From positions 4,894,792-4,958,791 of the forward strand of contig MU058384.1 of the NCBI GenBank assembly GCA_013265495.1: a stretch of DNA of 64,000 bases. The letters run 5' to 3'. Each line of letters starts with the position of its first letter. The first letter of the stretch is position 1. This DNA comes from Vicugna vicugna. Taxonomy: Eukaryota. A program made the position numbers and the translations under genes. The notes below the pieces were generated by a model. That model had not been told where the DNA came from. It worked only from the letters and a program-made list of their open reading frames with translations, and ran no database searches. Below, piece after piece: positions 25,982 through 39,747 of the stretch.

Positions 25982-27477
25982 CCAACTCTTTTTACTTTTT
26001 TAGATTCCCTTCTACTGCAACTGATATGCATTCAGTTTGGGCATGGCAGCTAGTTTAACATGTGCCAAAGACTATATCCTGCTTTCATTTACTGAACATT
26101 ACATAATAAGCATTTCACTTGCTTTTTGTAGGTTACATAGTATTTCACAGGCTGCTTTCTTTGTTCCATAATTTAATTAATGCCCTAGTGTTCTCTTCCT
26201 TTCTTTCTTCTTTCTAACTCCTTAACTTCCTACCCTCTTTCCTACTTTCCTTTCTTTCCGTCATAAGTCCCACTGCTTCTTATTTATTTTGGCTTTTTTT
26301 TAACACCAAGTTTCTGGAAGTGGGATTACTTTGTCAAGGCAAATGATGAGTTTCATTGTTCTTTATTAGCGTATTAACTTGTTTTCCAAAATATTTATAG
26401 CAATTCCCACTGCCAGCAGTGGTTGATGACTGTATCAAATTCCAGAGGCCTCTTCTAACAGTTATTAAGTATGTTTGAATTGTTCAAAAATCCTACTTGT
26501 TATTTTTAACATATACTTTTAATTTTTTGCAAGGTTCATAATTTTAAGTCTTTCTGTTTGCAAATTATGTTTCCTCTTGTTTAAATCATGCATTCATTTA
26601 CTGGGATTTTTTGGGTATGTTTTTCTTACCAATTTGTCTGAATTGTTTAAGTGATAAGGAATTTGCTGTATTTATCATATGTGTTCCACACATCTTTTCA
26701 CAGCCTTTTGTAGATCTTCCTACTTTGGTTAAGGAAAATATTTTACGAAGATGTAAAGATCTCTTTAGCTAAATCTATTGACGTCTATTTTTTGATTCTG
26801 TCTTTTACTTCTAAGGCAATCAAAAGCAATCCAGCATTTAAGTATTTGATAAACATTCAATTCTTTTTCTATAAATTAAAATATTTAGTTAGTGTTTTTT
26901 GTTTTTTTTTTTACTGTGTTATACAGCGTGTGATTCTGTATAAATTGATTTTCTGCTCCTATCACTGACTACTGACCACAATCCCTCTCCTTCCTGGTCG
27001 TTTTATGAGTCCTTCCTTACGATATATTAAATTCTTATCACTCAGAAGCTTTCCCAGCCCAACTCCGCACAGGTATTTATCGTGGCAGTGCTGGTTTCCC
27101 TTCTTAGCCTTTTTCTTTTGTAGAATAGTCTTTTATATTTTTACCTGTCCCTTCTTTGAAAGAAAATTTAAACTCCTATTATAAGATTTAAAAACAGCAT
27201 GTTGGGATTTCCTTCAACATGAGAAATTCTTTCTTGTACTTCTTGGGATAAGGTGGCATATGATGACTGGGATGTTTAAGTGACAGATGTCCTGATCCAA
27301 ACTGGGTTAGGTGAATTTTTGCTCAAAACAACCTGAAGCAGACATGAACTAAGAAGCCAACATAAAGTGTAGTTAAGGAGTGCTTTCTAGATCCACTTTC
27401 CAGGAAAAGGTCAAGGATCAGGTCCCAGGGGAGTGGGTTAGCCTTGAAAGGTAGGAAGGGTACCAAGAAATTAAAAC

Positions 27478-27737
27478 CGGGGGAAAGGGTTGGGGGGAGA
27501 AGAATAGATTAGGAGTTTGAGATTAATAGATACACATTACTATATATAAAAAACAGATAAACAACAAGGTCCTACCATATAGTACAGGGAACTATATTCA
27601 ATATCTTGTAATAAGTTGTAATGAAAAAGAATATGAAAAAAATACACGTATGTAAAATTGAATCTCTTTGCTGTACACATGAAACTAACACTGTAAATTG
27701 ACTACATTTCAATAAAAAATAAGAATTAAAAAAAAAG
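27478..27737 (+). mobile_element. L1 3' end fragment
   Basis: ggagtttgagattaatagatacaca...aacaacaaggtcctaccatatagtacagggaactatattcaatatcttgtaataa...caataaaaaa. Confidence 0.85.
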
Positions 27738-28789
27738 AAATCTAGAACCCAAGAGAGCAAGAATAAATCAGAAAACAGACTTTGTATGACCATTGGCACC
27801 TAACCAAACTCTTGGTTCTTTTCTTGGTCCTTTTCTACAACTCCAGTGAATTTTCCTTTGTGTTAGTGGTGTCATCCTGGGCCTGGCCATGCACTTTGTA
27901 AACTAAAAAGAAGCTTTTACAGTCTTGTGAAATCTGTCTCAATGAAATCCAAGCATCTGTCAGACTTCCATAGTGTCTGATGTGTTCTGCAGGGATTGTA
28001 CACAAATTGTCAATGAATCTTTCATTGCATTTGCCTCATTACAGATTTTTGAATGAAGCTGAAGAAACATTTACTGTGTGATCTGCAATATTTTGTTTTG
28101 AAATGTGTACTTATTTGGAATCAACTGTAAGTCATTTAATATCTGCCTTTGACTGTTTTCCAACCTCAAAATTGCCTCTTTTTTTTAAGATCAGAAAGAC
28201 ATGTGATGCCCTCTTAGCTATAAACATCGTTTTCTAGGAAATAAAATACTTTCAGCAACTAATTTCAGGTATATTCTGTTTCCTGAAATGTAGATCAAGA
28301 TAACAGAAAATAATATGCCAGATTCAGTTCTCCAGAATTCTGTCTTTACTCAAACATTGCTGTAAGTTCAAATACATTTTATGAATGCCTTTTCACCTTT
28401 TATTCTTTCCATTAGAAACTCTCCATTATAAATGACATCTTCATAAGTAAATCTTATTTAAAGGAACAAGCATCACAAAGAACAGAACATTGCATCTTCT
28501 ATAATACTGTATCCCAGTGGTAGACCTCAATACCAGGATTCTGCAGAATTCGGGTTGAAAATGCTGCCTTCACTCTTCTTAATCCTTGGGGAGTAGATAT
28601 AGTAGAAAATTACATTTTATCTGTCACATTCCCTTAGGGGAACTTCTCCCATCTCTAACCGTGAGATCTAAATAGTAGCAGCCATCTTCAAGTAACCTCA
28701 TGGCCACAGTGACTGTTCAGGAGGAAAGTCCCTGAATCAAATGAAGACACACAGAATCCCAAGGCACTGACCATAGCACTTAAGCCTGA

Positions 28790-29272
28790 AAAAAAACACA
28801 TGTAACAGACACTCCTGGTACTTTGCACCCATCCCCTCTGGTACCTATTTTTGTGTGCCCATGCCCTGGCTTTGATGCACTTTGCATCTATGACGTTGCA
28901 TCTGTGACTCTTCTGAGGCCTGTCTTGGCCAACTGGAGACACTTTGCTTACAGATATCTGCAAGCAAGTGCAGAGAGTCAGAAGCATCTGGAATGGGGTG
29001 ACCTTTAGCCAATGACTAGCTGGTGTGGGAGTTTAAAAGTGCCCAAAACTTGCCCTATGTCTGGACAAGCTCTGAGCACCACTTGCACCCCAGGGCTCCC
29101 TGCAGGACCAGGTTGAAGTTGGAAATTGGCCAGAAATCGCACCCTTGATTGATTTCTTTCCTCTTCCCCATTCTGCTCCCTCGTTCCCTTTCCCTTGAGA
29201 GCACTTTCAGTATAAGCAACTTGAACACATCGCCTCTTCATAGGCTCTGCTCCTAGGGAATCTGACCCAAGT
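28790..29272 (+). mobile_element. LTR16-like ERVL LTR
   Basis: gccaatgact...tgggagtttaaaag...cttgcaccccagggctccc...aggctctgctcctagggaatctgacccaag terminus. Confidence 0.6.
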
Positions 29273-30771
29273 CAGCACTGACTCCCACAGGATCAGTGAG
29301 TGTCTCTCCCTGAGATTTTCGTACCTGGAGTTGGGAGGTAGAAAGCTTGCCAGGATAAGTCTGAAACAGACCCACCGAAAGCTGCAGAGACAACCCTGAA
29401 ATGCTACCTCTTTGCCTCCAGAGAAGCATCTTGGGCCCCCTCCAAGGTGTGGTTGAGACAGAAGCTGTGGTTCAGACAGTTAATTCCACTTAATTCCTGT
29501 CATTTGCACCCAAGAAAATCTCAGCTAATATTGTCCAGAGGGAAAAGCCCTCAAATACTAAAGCCCCTCTCCGTGGAAAACAGCACACTTACTCAAAACT
29601 TTGCACGTAATTTCAGAGGTTCACGGTCATGGTCATGAATTCTTTATGGCTCAGCCCTACCTATGTTAGCGTCATCTGTGCACTTCTGAGTTTGCCAGGG
29701 TTAAATACTCATGGGTTGGCTGTCACTCCTCCTGGCCATAGTGCTTGCCTTGCTGGGTAATCCTTTAGATGTATTTGAAAAAAAAAAAAAAAAACCAGGA
29801 ACTAGGACTTCTGTTTTGGAATTTTCCCCAAATAAACACCGATACCAGTATAGAAGTCACAACTGATCAAGTCAATAAATAAGGAAGCAAAAAAAAAAAG
29901 TATATGCCAAGCAGAGAACCTAGTCATAGCTGTGCAAATGTCCCCGTGAACAGGGAGTTCCTGAAAATCAGTGGGCAGAACAGAGAGAGATGGTATCTTT
30001 GAACTATCCTCTTCAACTGAGCAATACCTAAGTGGTTGCAGTGCTTCTTTAATTAGGGCAAAAAAACCTGTTTACGCTGCTGCAAGAGCAATGGAATCAT
30101 GGCTTATGCTCCGTATTTCACCTACCTGATTTTATGCATTTTTGTCAGTTTCTCCATGTGTCCAAATGGAAAAGAAAATTGCTCTCTCAGGACAGTTGGG
30201 CGAACTTCTGTCTCACCCCTCAGCAGACCTGTATCCCTGCCACACCTAGTACATTATGTCAGGAAGATTAAGTGGCCTAACATCTCAGGCCCATGGTGAC
30301 AGCACCATGAACAAGACCCACATTTCTTCTTTTAGCCCTGGACCTGTGCTCAGAGGTACCTCGTACTCTTTTCTCCAAGCCCTTTGAGGTGCCCCTCGGT
30401 CACGGGAGACCCCCTGGGTGTGGACCTGAGGCCAGTTGAAACCTGGACCTGTCAGAGGTACTCTTGGGACATTTGCTTTGATATCCCTTCATCTCACAGC
30501 AAACACTCAAGAATGTTCCGGGATCGTTTTGCCCTAGTTCCTTGACCCTACTAAGTAGGTGGGGAGGCGGGGTCTCTCCTGGTGTCAGACAGGAGTGGGA
30601 GCTGGGAGGGGACAAAGGAGTTCTTGGTGCCTGGCTGGGTCCTCACTCTAAGATGGCAGGATCTTCTACAATTGTAGCTAGATGTCCCTTGGGGGAACTT
30701 GTTGGGACCTGGGAAACTTTATCTCTGGCTGTGTTACCTTCTGCTTTGCATAAAGCCATCTTGGGAGTGGG

Positions 30772-31115
30772 GGTGGGGGAAGTGGATGAAGATGGCTCAA
30801 AAGTACAAACTTCCAGTTATAAGATAAGTAGTACTAGGAATATAATGTACAACACACTAAATATAATTAACACTGCTGTACATTATGTATGAACATTGTT
30901 AAGAGAATAAGTCCTAAGAATTCTCATCATAAGGAAAATAAATTTTTTTTCCTATTTTTAAAACTTTGTATCTATATGAGATGATGGGTGCTCATTAAAC
31001 TTACTGTGGTCATCATTTCATGGTGTGTGTAAGTCAAATCATTATGCTGTCCACCTTAAACATACACAGTGCTGTATGTCAATTATATCTCAAGAAAACT
31101 GAAAGGCTAAAAAGA
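30772..31115 (+). mobile_element. L1MA-type 3' end
   Basis: caaaagtacaaacttccagttataagataagtagtactagg...cattatgctgtccaccttaaac...tgtcaattatatctcaa. Confidence 0.85.
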
Positions 31116-31429
31116 AAAAGAAAGGCTATCTTTATAAAATGTAAACTTAAATTTATATAACTCTTGATTCTGTGAAAAAAAGAAAAAGAAAAAAAAATAA
31201 AGGCAAAAAAAAAGCAGACCCTACCCTTGATAATGGTATCTGTCAGCATCTTTCTGTTGAACACATCATCTTCTCATTTTGACAAGCACATGTTAAACGT
31301 TAATGCTGCCTCCACCTCTGGGCCTTAACTGAAACTCAGTTTTGCCTGATGACAGTTTTCCTTCTAACTAGTTCTCAAGAAGAGACTACTCATATTCCCT
31401 CTCCTCTTTGAACTTCACACCTTTAAACA

Positions 31430-32045
31430 CAGAGTCATATGTTGCTGCTTAACAAATTACCACAAACTTAACAACTTCAAACAACACCTAATTATTAGCT
31501 CACAGTTATGTGGTCAGCAGTTTAAGACAGCCTGGCTGGGTTCTCTGCTCAGAGCCTCACAGACCGAAGTCAGGGCGTTGACCAAAGTCAGCTCTTATCT
31601 GGAGCTTCTGGGGAAGACTCTGCTTCCAATCTCATCCAGGTTGTTGGCAGAATTCGGTTTTTTGGAGTTGGTTAGGGCTGAGGTTCTCATTTCTTTGCCG
31701 GCTGTCAGGTGGAGGCAACTCTCAGCTTCTAGAGATTTCCTCTCTGGTCCTTGCATGAAGCCCCCATACATCTTCAAAGCCAGCAGTGGGTGTGAATCCC
31801 CCTCACACTTCAAGTCTTTCTGGCTTCCTCTTTTGCTGCTTTCTGGAGAAAATTCTCAGCTTTTAAAGGGCTTAACAGGTCTAGCTCAAGCCTACCAGCA
31901 GACTCTCTATTAAGGTAACTGACTCAGGACTTTAATTACATCCGCAAAATCGTTTCGGAGCAGCACCTAGATTAGTGTTTGACTGAATGACGAGGGCACA
32001 GGAACCTTAGGGGAGGGGATCATCTTTAGAATTCTGTCTACCATG
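31430..32045 (-). mobile_element. MaLR LTR (MLT1E/F-like)
   Basis: ttgctgcttaacaaattaccacaaactta...tattagctcacagtt...ctttaattacatccgcaaaat...ctttagaattctgtctacca. Confidence 0.75.
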
Positions 32046-33039
32046 GCTACCAACTTAGAAGCATTTTAGTTCCTTTTGAGGGTCCTGGATTAGTGCGGAA
32101 GCCTCCACGTTCCACAGCTGGTATGAGTATTTTCTGCCAGGGCAACTTCCGCTGATTGGATTTTGTCACCTATGCTGCTTCATCATCTTATTCTTTGTCT
32201 TCTTTGAGTTGGGTTGGGGGTAGGGGAGTTAGAGATTCCTTTGACTTTCTTGTGAGGCTAAAACATTCTTTAAAAAGTATGTTTGTTGGAATCTGTGTAG
32301 GATCTAGTTATGTTGTAATGGAAGGGCATTTTGGAGTATATAATCCCCTATATTGATTCATTCGCTGCCCACGGGAGTCTTTATTAAATAAATGAATGTA
32401 TGTGTGTGTGTGGTGTGTGTATTTACCAGTGACACAACATAGCTACTGAGCAATCAGACTAAACACCAACCATGAATGCCCAGTACAATTAAATAGAAAA
32501 CTTGCTACTTTGTAGTGTTATGAAGGACACAAAGATGAATACAAAAAGAAGATATGACAAACAAATCTTGTGAGGAAGAAGAACTATGCATGTAAAATAT
32601 AATGGATACATTTCTAAGTGTTAAAAAAGAAGGAAAAATACAATGCTTTGTGTGAGAGGGGAGAAAGATTATTTCCAGCTAAGAAATCCATAAGATTCCA
32701 GGGGAATACAACTCATGAGGTGAGACCTGTGGAAAACAGGCATCCCAGGCCTTTCACAATCTTACTTAGGGAAAAATCATTTTTCAAGAACCTGCTGGAG
32801 TGCCCTCTGTAACATGCATGTTAATGTGCTGGCAAACTATAAAAGATGCTTTCGTGTCTAATGCAGGTGTAACTCTGTTTTCTGTGTTAGAACTAATTTT
32901 GATTATTTAAAGAAAAACCATGTAATCAAGACATCAATTTCATAACATCAAAAGACTCAAAGATTAGCCATTAGGTTATCTATTGTCTGTTATTTTCTGT
33001 TGCAAGTAATATAAAATATTCAGTTATTTTCACATTGGG

Positions 33040-33831
33040 TTTTTTCAATGAAGTATATTTGACTTTCAATATTATCTTAGTTTTAAATGTACAACATAGT
33101 GATTTGATATTTTTATAGATTATACTTCATATGATGTTATTATAAAATGTTGGCTATATTCCCTGGGGCATACATTACATTCATGTATCTTATTTATTGT
33201 GTTCATTGTAATTTTTATCTCTTAATCCCCTTCACCTATCTTGCCCCTCCCCCCCAGTCCTCTCCCCTCTGGTAAACAACCACTAGTTTATTTGCTGTAT
33301 CTGTGAGTCTGTTTCTGTTTCATTTGTTATATTTGTTTGTTTGTTTTATTTTTTTAGATTCCACATATAAGTGGAAAACCCACAATATTTGTCTTTATCT
33401 ATCTGACTTATTTTACTAAACATAATACCCTCCAGGTCCATCCATGTTGCAAAGAATGGCAAAATTTCATTCTTTTTTTATGGCTTAATAAAATTCCACA
33501 TCTTCTTTATCCATTCATCTGTTCATGGACACTTAAGTTGCTTCCATATCTTGGCTATTGCAGACGATGCTGCTATGAATATTGGGCTGCATAAATCTTC
33601 AAATCAATGTCTTCATTTTCTTGGGATTTACGCCCAGGAGTGGAATTGCTGGATCATGTGGTAGTTCTATTTTTAATTTTTTGAAGAACTTCTGTATTGT
33701 TTTTTTTTTTACAGCGGCTGTACCCATTTACATTCCGACCAACAGTGTACTAGCATTCCCTTTTCTCCACACTCTTGCCAACACTTGTTATTTCTTGTCT
33801 TTTTGACAACAGCCATTTTAGCAGGTGTAAG
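33040..33831 (-). mobile_element. 5'-truncated L1 3' end
   Basis: Antisense L1 3'UTR and ORF2 end (cccaggagtggaattgctggatcatgtggtagttctatttttaa); TSD-like cacattgg(g)ttttt at 33031 and 33832. Confidence 0.9.
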
Positions 33832-33986
33832 CACATTGGTTTTTCATAGCTCACAAGATGTCATTGTTTCAGGCCTCTCACCTTTTGGTGGTCAGTCCCG
33901 AAACACAGGATTTGGTCCACAACTACCCATTTGCTTTAAAGAGGAAGACATGCTGACCCTTTTCAGCAGTACCTTTCAGTGAGGGA

Positions 33987-34420
33987 TGTGGTGATTGCTT
34001 TGACAGACCGTTTGCAAACATGGCTACAATTATCTGACTCCCTTTGCAATGTGACTTTGTGGCTCTTCCCATCAAGAAGTGGAGCCTATTTCCCCTCTCC
34101 TTGACTCTTGGCTGACCTTGTGACTTGCTTTGACCAATAGATTGCTGAAGAGGTGACATCATGCCTGGTTTCCAGAGAGTGTGTCCCTGCGGGCCACCCC
34201 ACCCCCACCCCACTGCCTGCTCTTTTGGAACCCTATGCAACCATCATGTGAACAATCCCAGTGGCTCATGCAGCCAAATTCAGAAGTAGAGTTGGATTTC
34301 AGGTGCTTGAGGAAAACCAGCTGAGATCGGCAGATGTGTCAGTTCCCAAGAAAAAAACGAATGGCTGTTATTTTTAAGATGCTAAGTTTCAGGTTCCTTT
34401 GTTATACTATCATAGCTCCA
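33987..34420 (+). mobile_element. MaLR LTR (MLT1F/G/H-like)
   Basis: cctttgcaatgtgactttgtggctcttcccatcaagaagtggagcctatttcccct...tgacttgctttgaccaatag...tgttatttttaagatgctaagttt. Confidence 0.7.
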
Positions 34421-37147
34421 TTCCCTTCTGAGGCAGGTTAAAGGGACACATCCCACTCTGTTCTTTAATAACAGCATTAAATAGTGACCTGGGACAAAGA
34501 TTTCTCACAGGAACTTTGCAAGCATGACATATTTCATTTGTTTTAATAATGTGCAAATTCTCTTTCTGTGATAGGTACACACAGATTTTTGTGTAATTTA
34601 TTTAAGAAAGGTCGTAGTATTTTATTTCCATCTTTTTTTCCCCTAAGAGTGAAGAAAACCATTAAATGATGTGTTCCAGGAGCTTCAGAAGAAAAAAGCT
34701 GAGTTTAACTGAGAGTCTCTTGGACTTCCAAGCTTTTGAAATTCTCCAGCAGTGCTATTACATAGCATCGGCCAAATCTGGGAGGAGTTTATCTGAAACA
34801 CTGGAATAACATAAAAGTCTTCTTGTTCTTTGTAATTCTTATAGTTGATTTCTTTTTATAAGTAACATTTATAACTTGTTGACTTTAAGATATGGGCATT
34901 ATCTCTCACCACAGCCCTTCCAGCACATTTTGTGCACAAAAAAACAAAGCTCAGAGAGATCGTCACTTGGCTTAATGGAAGAGGCAAGGCATTTTCCTAC
35001 TGCCATCTGATACCAAAACCCATGCTTTTTCTATGTGTTAATAAAGGATCAGTGGTTTGAAATTTAATTGCATATTTCACTTAAAGTCTTCAAAATGCTA
35101 ACTTTTCCTGCATAACATCTATATGTTTTATCTGGAAAATATTGAGTAGGAAATAATTATAACATCATTTGATTAAAAAAAAATAAACCTCCACAGTCTT
35201 CCTTGCATGCTCAACTTTCAAGTGTTTATGGTCTACTAACCTCGTTACTGACATTGTGTTCATCATCACCCCCTAACATTTTATTTGTGAATATTTTAAG
35301 CATCCAGAAAAACTGAAAGAATTTTAAAGCAATCACCCATCCACTCACTGCCTTGATTTTATAATTAACATTTTATATTGCTTGATCTATCAGATCACCT
35401 ACTCATCTACCCTTTCCTATCCATCCACCTGTCTTTCTGTTAGTCACCTTTAATCAGACAGCTCCACAGCCCAGGACAAAACACTGTTGAGAATATTGCT
35501 TTGTGAGTAAAGGTTTGTCACCTCACCTTGGCACCAGGGTCTGCAGACAAAACCACTGATGATCTGAAAGCCAACTTGAAAGGAAGGATGCCAAATAAAG
35601 CACCAACTGCAGTCAGTTTCAAAATGACTTACAGAGTCTGAATGGAGGCATTGCCCGCCTGCTGGTAGGGAGGGTTGGCGAGAATGCAACTCCTGCCCAC
35701 TGGCCTAGAGAATGTTCCTTTATTGCAGCTCTAAGTCTGAGTCATATGTTGGCCTCTTTTTCTTCCTTCATTTCCTTCTTTCCTTCTTTTCTACCTTTCT
35801 TTCTTTCAACATTTGGGGCTTCCTCTCAATAGTGATATAAACAAAAATACAAGACATGTAGGAAATCATGGGATCATAGAATATAGAAGGACAGAAGACC
35901 ACCTCATGACTCTGCCAAAGGGGCCAGGGGTCCAAGATTAAGAATAAAGTCCACTTGGCACAGAAAGCTAAAATATATATACAGTGATGGTCAGAAGACA
36001 TAAGGCAACTCCAGAAGAGTAACACAGCTAGACGTTAAGGAAAAGTGGTCAATATGTGCTACCTGGGGTTTGGAAGAAGGGCCCTGGAAATACTCCATCC
36101 ACTAGTGTTTTAAAACCATAAGGCCTATGTAGCCTGATAATTGATTTTTCTGTCCCTGGAACATTATACCTCATGCCTTATTCTACTCACTTAATTCAAA
36201 TATTGAACCAAAGGGAACCAGTCTCACAAATGAATTTGAAATTTATGGCTTTGGGAGCACCCAAAATTCCAGTGTATGCTGAAAGTTTCTGTAAACTCTG
36301 TGGGAAGGTCTATGGCTAATTAACCCTGGCTGCTGGGAATTTCTCCAGTGAGTGCAGCCCATTGCCTCCTTCTCCCACTACTAAAACCACAACCATCCTG
36401 TTTGGGGATAAGCAGATGTTTACAAAATGTTACCACCTACCTGGAGAGCACTCAGAGGGGAGCGGTTAGAGGAATGGAAAGGGAATTCTGGAGGAACTTA
36501 GGCAAATGTCTTGCAGTATGAAGAGTAAATAAAAATTCTACTCCACTTAAGTCTATTATTATTGGTGTAGCACATTATTTCTGGATTTCCCTATGGACAA
36601 AATTACTGGGCCTTGGCTTGAAAAGAAGGTCTCTGACAATAGTTTGCAGAAAAGAATTAAAAAATTTGGCCCAGGCCAAAAACAATCATGGCATCCTATT
36701 GTTATGGCGAAAGTAGGAGGCTATATTTATTGTGAGATAAATGGACCAGGGCTTGGAGACAGCACTTATGGTGGGAAGGGCTGTAGAACCAGAGTGGCTG
36801 GGAGAGAAGAGCCACTGAGCCACAGGAATGGAAGACTCTTTGGGGCAATTGGACCATCACAACTGCCCTGATATCCCAGACAGCCATCTAACTCTCCACA
36901 AGCCCTGATTCTGAATGTGTCTTAGGTCTTTATCATCTTAAGCAGCTCAAATAACTGAAAATGTTGACCTTCTCTCATTCTAAGGTATAGACATCCCAGA
37001 AGCTCAACGTGTGTGAGAGGAGTGAAGGGTCATGTAACCTTCACTCACACCTCGGTGTTTTTCCTCCTAGGAAGTATTAGGATCTTATATTAGAGACAGT
37101 ATTATTTTATAATTGATTAGATAAGCCTGTTTGTAGTGAGTCGTCGT

Positions 37148-37535
37148 TGTTGACTAAATTGTGTCCCCTCAAAATTCATATGTTGAAGCCCTAACCCTCC
37201 AGTGTGACTGTATTTGAAGACAAGGTTTTCAGGAGGCAATTAAGATTAAATGAGGTCACAAGGATGGGGTCCTTATCCAATAGGATTGGTGGCCTTTTAA
37301 GAAGATGAAGAGAAAGATCTCTTGCTCTGTCCATGGGCACACACTGAGGAAAGGCCACAGAAAGATCCAGTGAGAAGTTGGCCATCTACAAGCTGGAAAG
37401 AGAACCTTCACCAGAACTTGACCATGCTGGCACCCTGATCTCAGATTTTCAGCCTCCAGACTGTGAGAAAATAAATTTCTGTTAAGCCACCTTGTTTGTG
37501 GTATTTTGTTATAGCAGCTCAAGGTGACTAATCCA
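37148..37535 (+). mobile_element. MaLR LTR (MLT1B-like)
   Basis: aattgtgtcccctcaaaattcatatgttgaagccctaacc...gaccatgctggcaccctgatctcagattttcagcctccagactgtgagaaaataaatttctg. Confidence 0.88.
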
Positions 37536-38064
37536 GTAGTAACACGATCAAAGTAGGAGCCTAGATCTGACTCCCAGTCAAATAATTTTTTTTGCTCTTT
37601 TTTTTAAAAAAAAAACCTATCAACCAGCTCCATTTCATTCTTGTTTTTTCTCTCCCCCCAACCCTCTCTTTCTCTCTCCCTCTCTCCATCTGTTTTCCCA
37701 AGTGAGTGCTGTGTTCTTGGATTCCAGCTGACCTAGTAATGATAGAATTTGGCAAAATGGAATTTAAAATGGCTTTTCAGAAGGCAAGGAACCATCAGAT
37801 AGGGGATTTCTGTGCTCTGCTATAAAATTCCATGTTTCCCTGTTGTAGCATTCCTGTTTGCCCTTGAAGTTCTGTGTTTCTCCCTAGAGCATAAGCTCCA
37901 TGAGGACAGAGGATGTCTGTCTTTTCACTGCTATAATCCTAGCATGTAGCACAGAGAAAATCGTCCACTTTACCTTCTGTCACAATTCCATTTATCTGGT
38001 TTAACAAACGTTCACGAAAGACATACCACGAACTAGGCTCCATGCCCATGGAGGGGAGTGATAG

Positions 38065-38240
38065 TGCAGTGGCTTTAAAGTGTGGATCCTGGAGCAGCAG
38101 CATCAACATCACCTGGGATCTTGTTAGAAATACAGATTCTTAGGTCCCCCCCAGGCCTACAGAATCAGAAACTCTGTGGATGGGGCTTACCATCTGTTTT
38201 CACAAGCCCTCCAGGTGTTCTGATGCAGCTTTAGGTTTGT
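38065..38240. mobile_element. MER5A hAT-Charlie
   Basis: aaagtgtggatcctggagcagcagcatcaacatcacctggga...cagaatcagaaactctg...caagccctccaggtgttctgatgc. Confidence 0.8.
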
Positions 38241-38344
38241 AGTAGTGATAATTTCAGTTGTTCGTTACAATTGTCCCCATTATTCTGTCTCAGTAGAAGG
38301 AGCCCTTAACACCTAGCAGCTGGATATTGTCAAAAGGTCTTAGT

Positions 38345-38527
38345 AGCTCAGTGCCGCTTAAGCCTGACTACACATTGGAATCACCTGGTATGTTTCCCCA
38401 AAATACCAAATGCCAGGCTCCTCTCCTAGAAGTTCGGCTTCAATAAGTTCTGCAAGTGGCCTGGGCATTCATATTTTAAAAGCTCTCCAGGTGATTCTAA
38501 TATGTAGCCAAGACTGAGAATCACTGA
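38345..38527. mobile_element. MER5B-like hAT-Charlie
   Basis: cacattggaatcacctgg...aaagctctccaggtgattctaatatgtagccaagactgagaatcactg. Confidence 0.7.
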
Positions 38528-38839
38528 GATGCTTGGAAGACTACCAAGGGAAATCAGAATCAAAATTGAGCACGCTGAAGGAGGCTGAAGTATGCCGTTG
38601 AATCGCATGAAGTTGCCATATTTGTCACTCAAACCCTGTCAAATGTTGGCAGTGATATAGGGTTTAACCTACTAGATGTTCTCAACTCCCCCAGAAAAGC
38701 AGTCATGGCAGATTGCCAACAAAAGGGCTCAGGAACTGAAGAAAGAATAATAAGCTCAACCTGTTTAACTGAAGCAGAAACCATTATCTTCTCTGCTAAT
38801 AATAGAACTACTAGTGTGATTTTTGATTACTTGTCCTCA

Positions 38840-39045
38840 AGAGCTGAGGTCACAAACTTTCTGCAAAGGGCCTAATGATAAGTATTTTAGGCTTTGCAGG
38901 TCACATGGTGTCTCTTGCAACTTCAACCCTGGCATTATTGTGGGGAACAAGCCATAGACAATGTGTAAATGAAAGGGTATGGCTGTGTTCCAATCAAACT
39001 GTACAGGCAGATTTGGCCAAGGGCCATAATTTGCCAACCTCTGTT
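38840..39045. mobile_element. MER58A hAT-Charlie
   Basis: caaactttctgcaaagggcc...tattttaggctttgcaggtca...ggctgtgttccaatcaaact...atttgccaacctctg. Confidence 0.8.
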
Positions 39046-39349
39046 CTATGGTATGAATTTTCCATAAGTGTGCTAGAGAGTAGATATAAGTTGTCTAAGA
39101 CTTTTGCATGATGAAACAGCTAGCCAGTTGACTTAAGTAAAGTTAAACAAATGAGCTATAAGATGCACAGAAAACTTCTATATGTCAAGTAGCTTTCAAG
39201 TGATATAGCGGAGTATTGTTGAGTTCCTTAGAACAGGAGGACTCCCATTTAAGCAGAATTTGTGAGACTTGGGAACAGAGATGGAAGGAGTCCCAGAGTG
39301 TGGAAATTCCTTTCCCCTTCTTACACAATTTATGTTTTGCAAATGTTAT

Positions 39350-39747
39350 TGGATTAGTTTGCTAGGGCTACCGTAACAAAGTACCACAGGCTGATTGTCT
39401 TAAAGAGCAGAAATGTATTCTTTCATAGTTCTTGAGGCTGGAAGTCTGAGATGCGGATGTTGGCAGGGTTGATTTCTTCTAAGACCTTTCTCCTTGACTT
39501 GTAGATGGCCGTGTTCTTCCTGTGTCTTCACATGGTCATTGTGTGTGTATGTGTCTGTATCCTAATTTCCTCTTCATATAAGGACACCAGTCATATTGGA
39601 TTAGGGTCTACTGGTATGAACTCACTTAACCCTATTACCCCTTTAACGGTCCTACTTCCAAATACAGTCACATTTTGAGGTACTGGGGGTTAGAACTTCA
39701 ACTCATTAATTAGGGGTTGGGGAGCGGGCATAACTCAGCCCATAAAA
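39350..39747 (-). mobile_element. MaLR LTR (MLT1A/B/C-like)
   Basis: attagtttgctagggctaccgtaacaaagtaccacag...aaggacaccagtcatattggattaggg...caaatacagtcacattttgaggtactggggg. Confidence 0.88.

Noticed and set aside
25693..26058. 121-aa ORF resembling L1 ORF2 C-terminus
   Set aside because: Fragment of the truncated inverted L1, not an independent gene.
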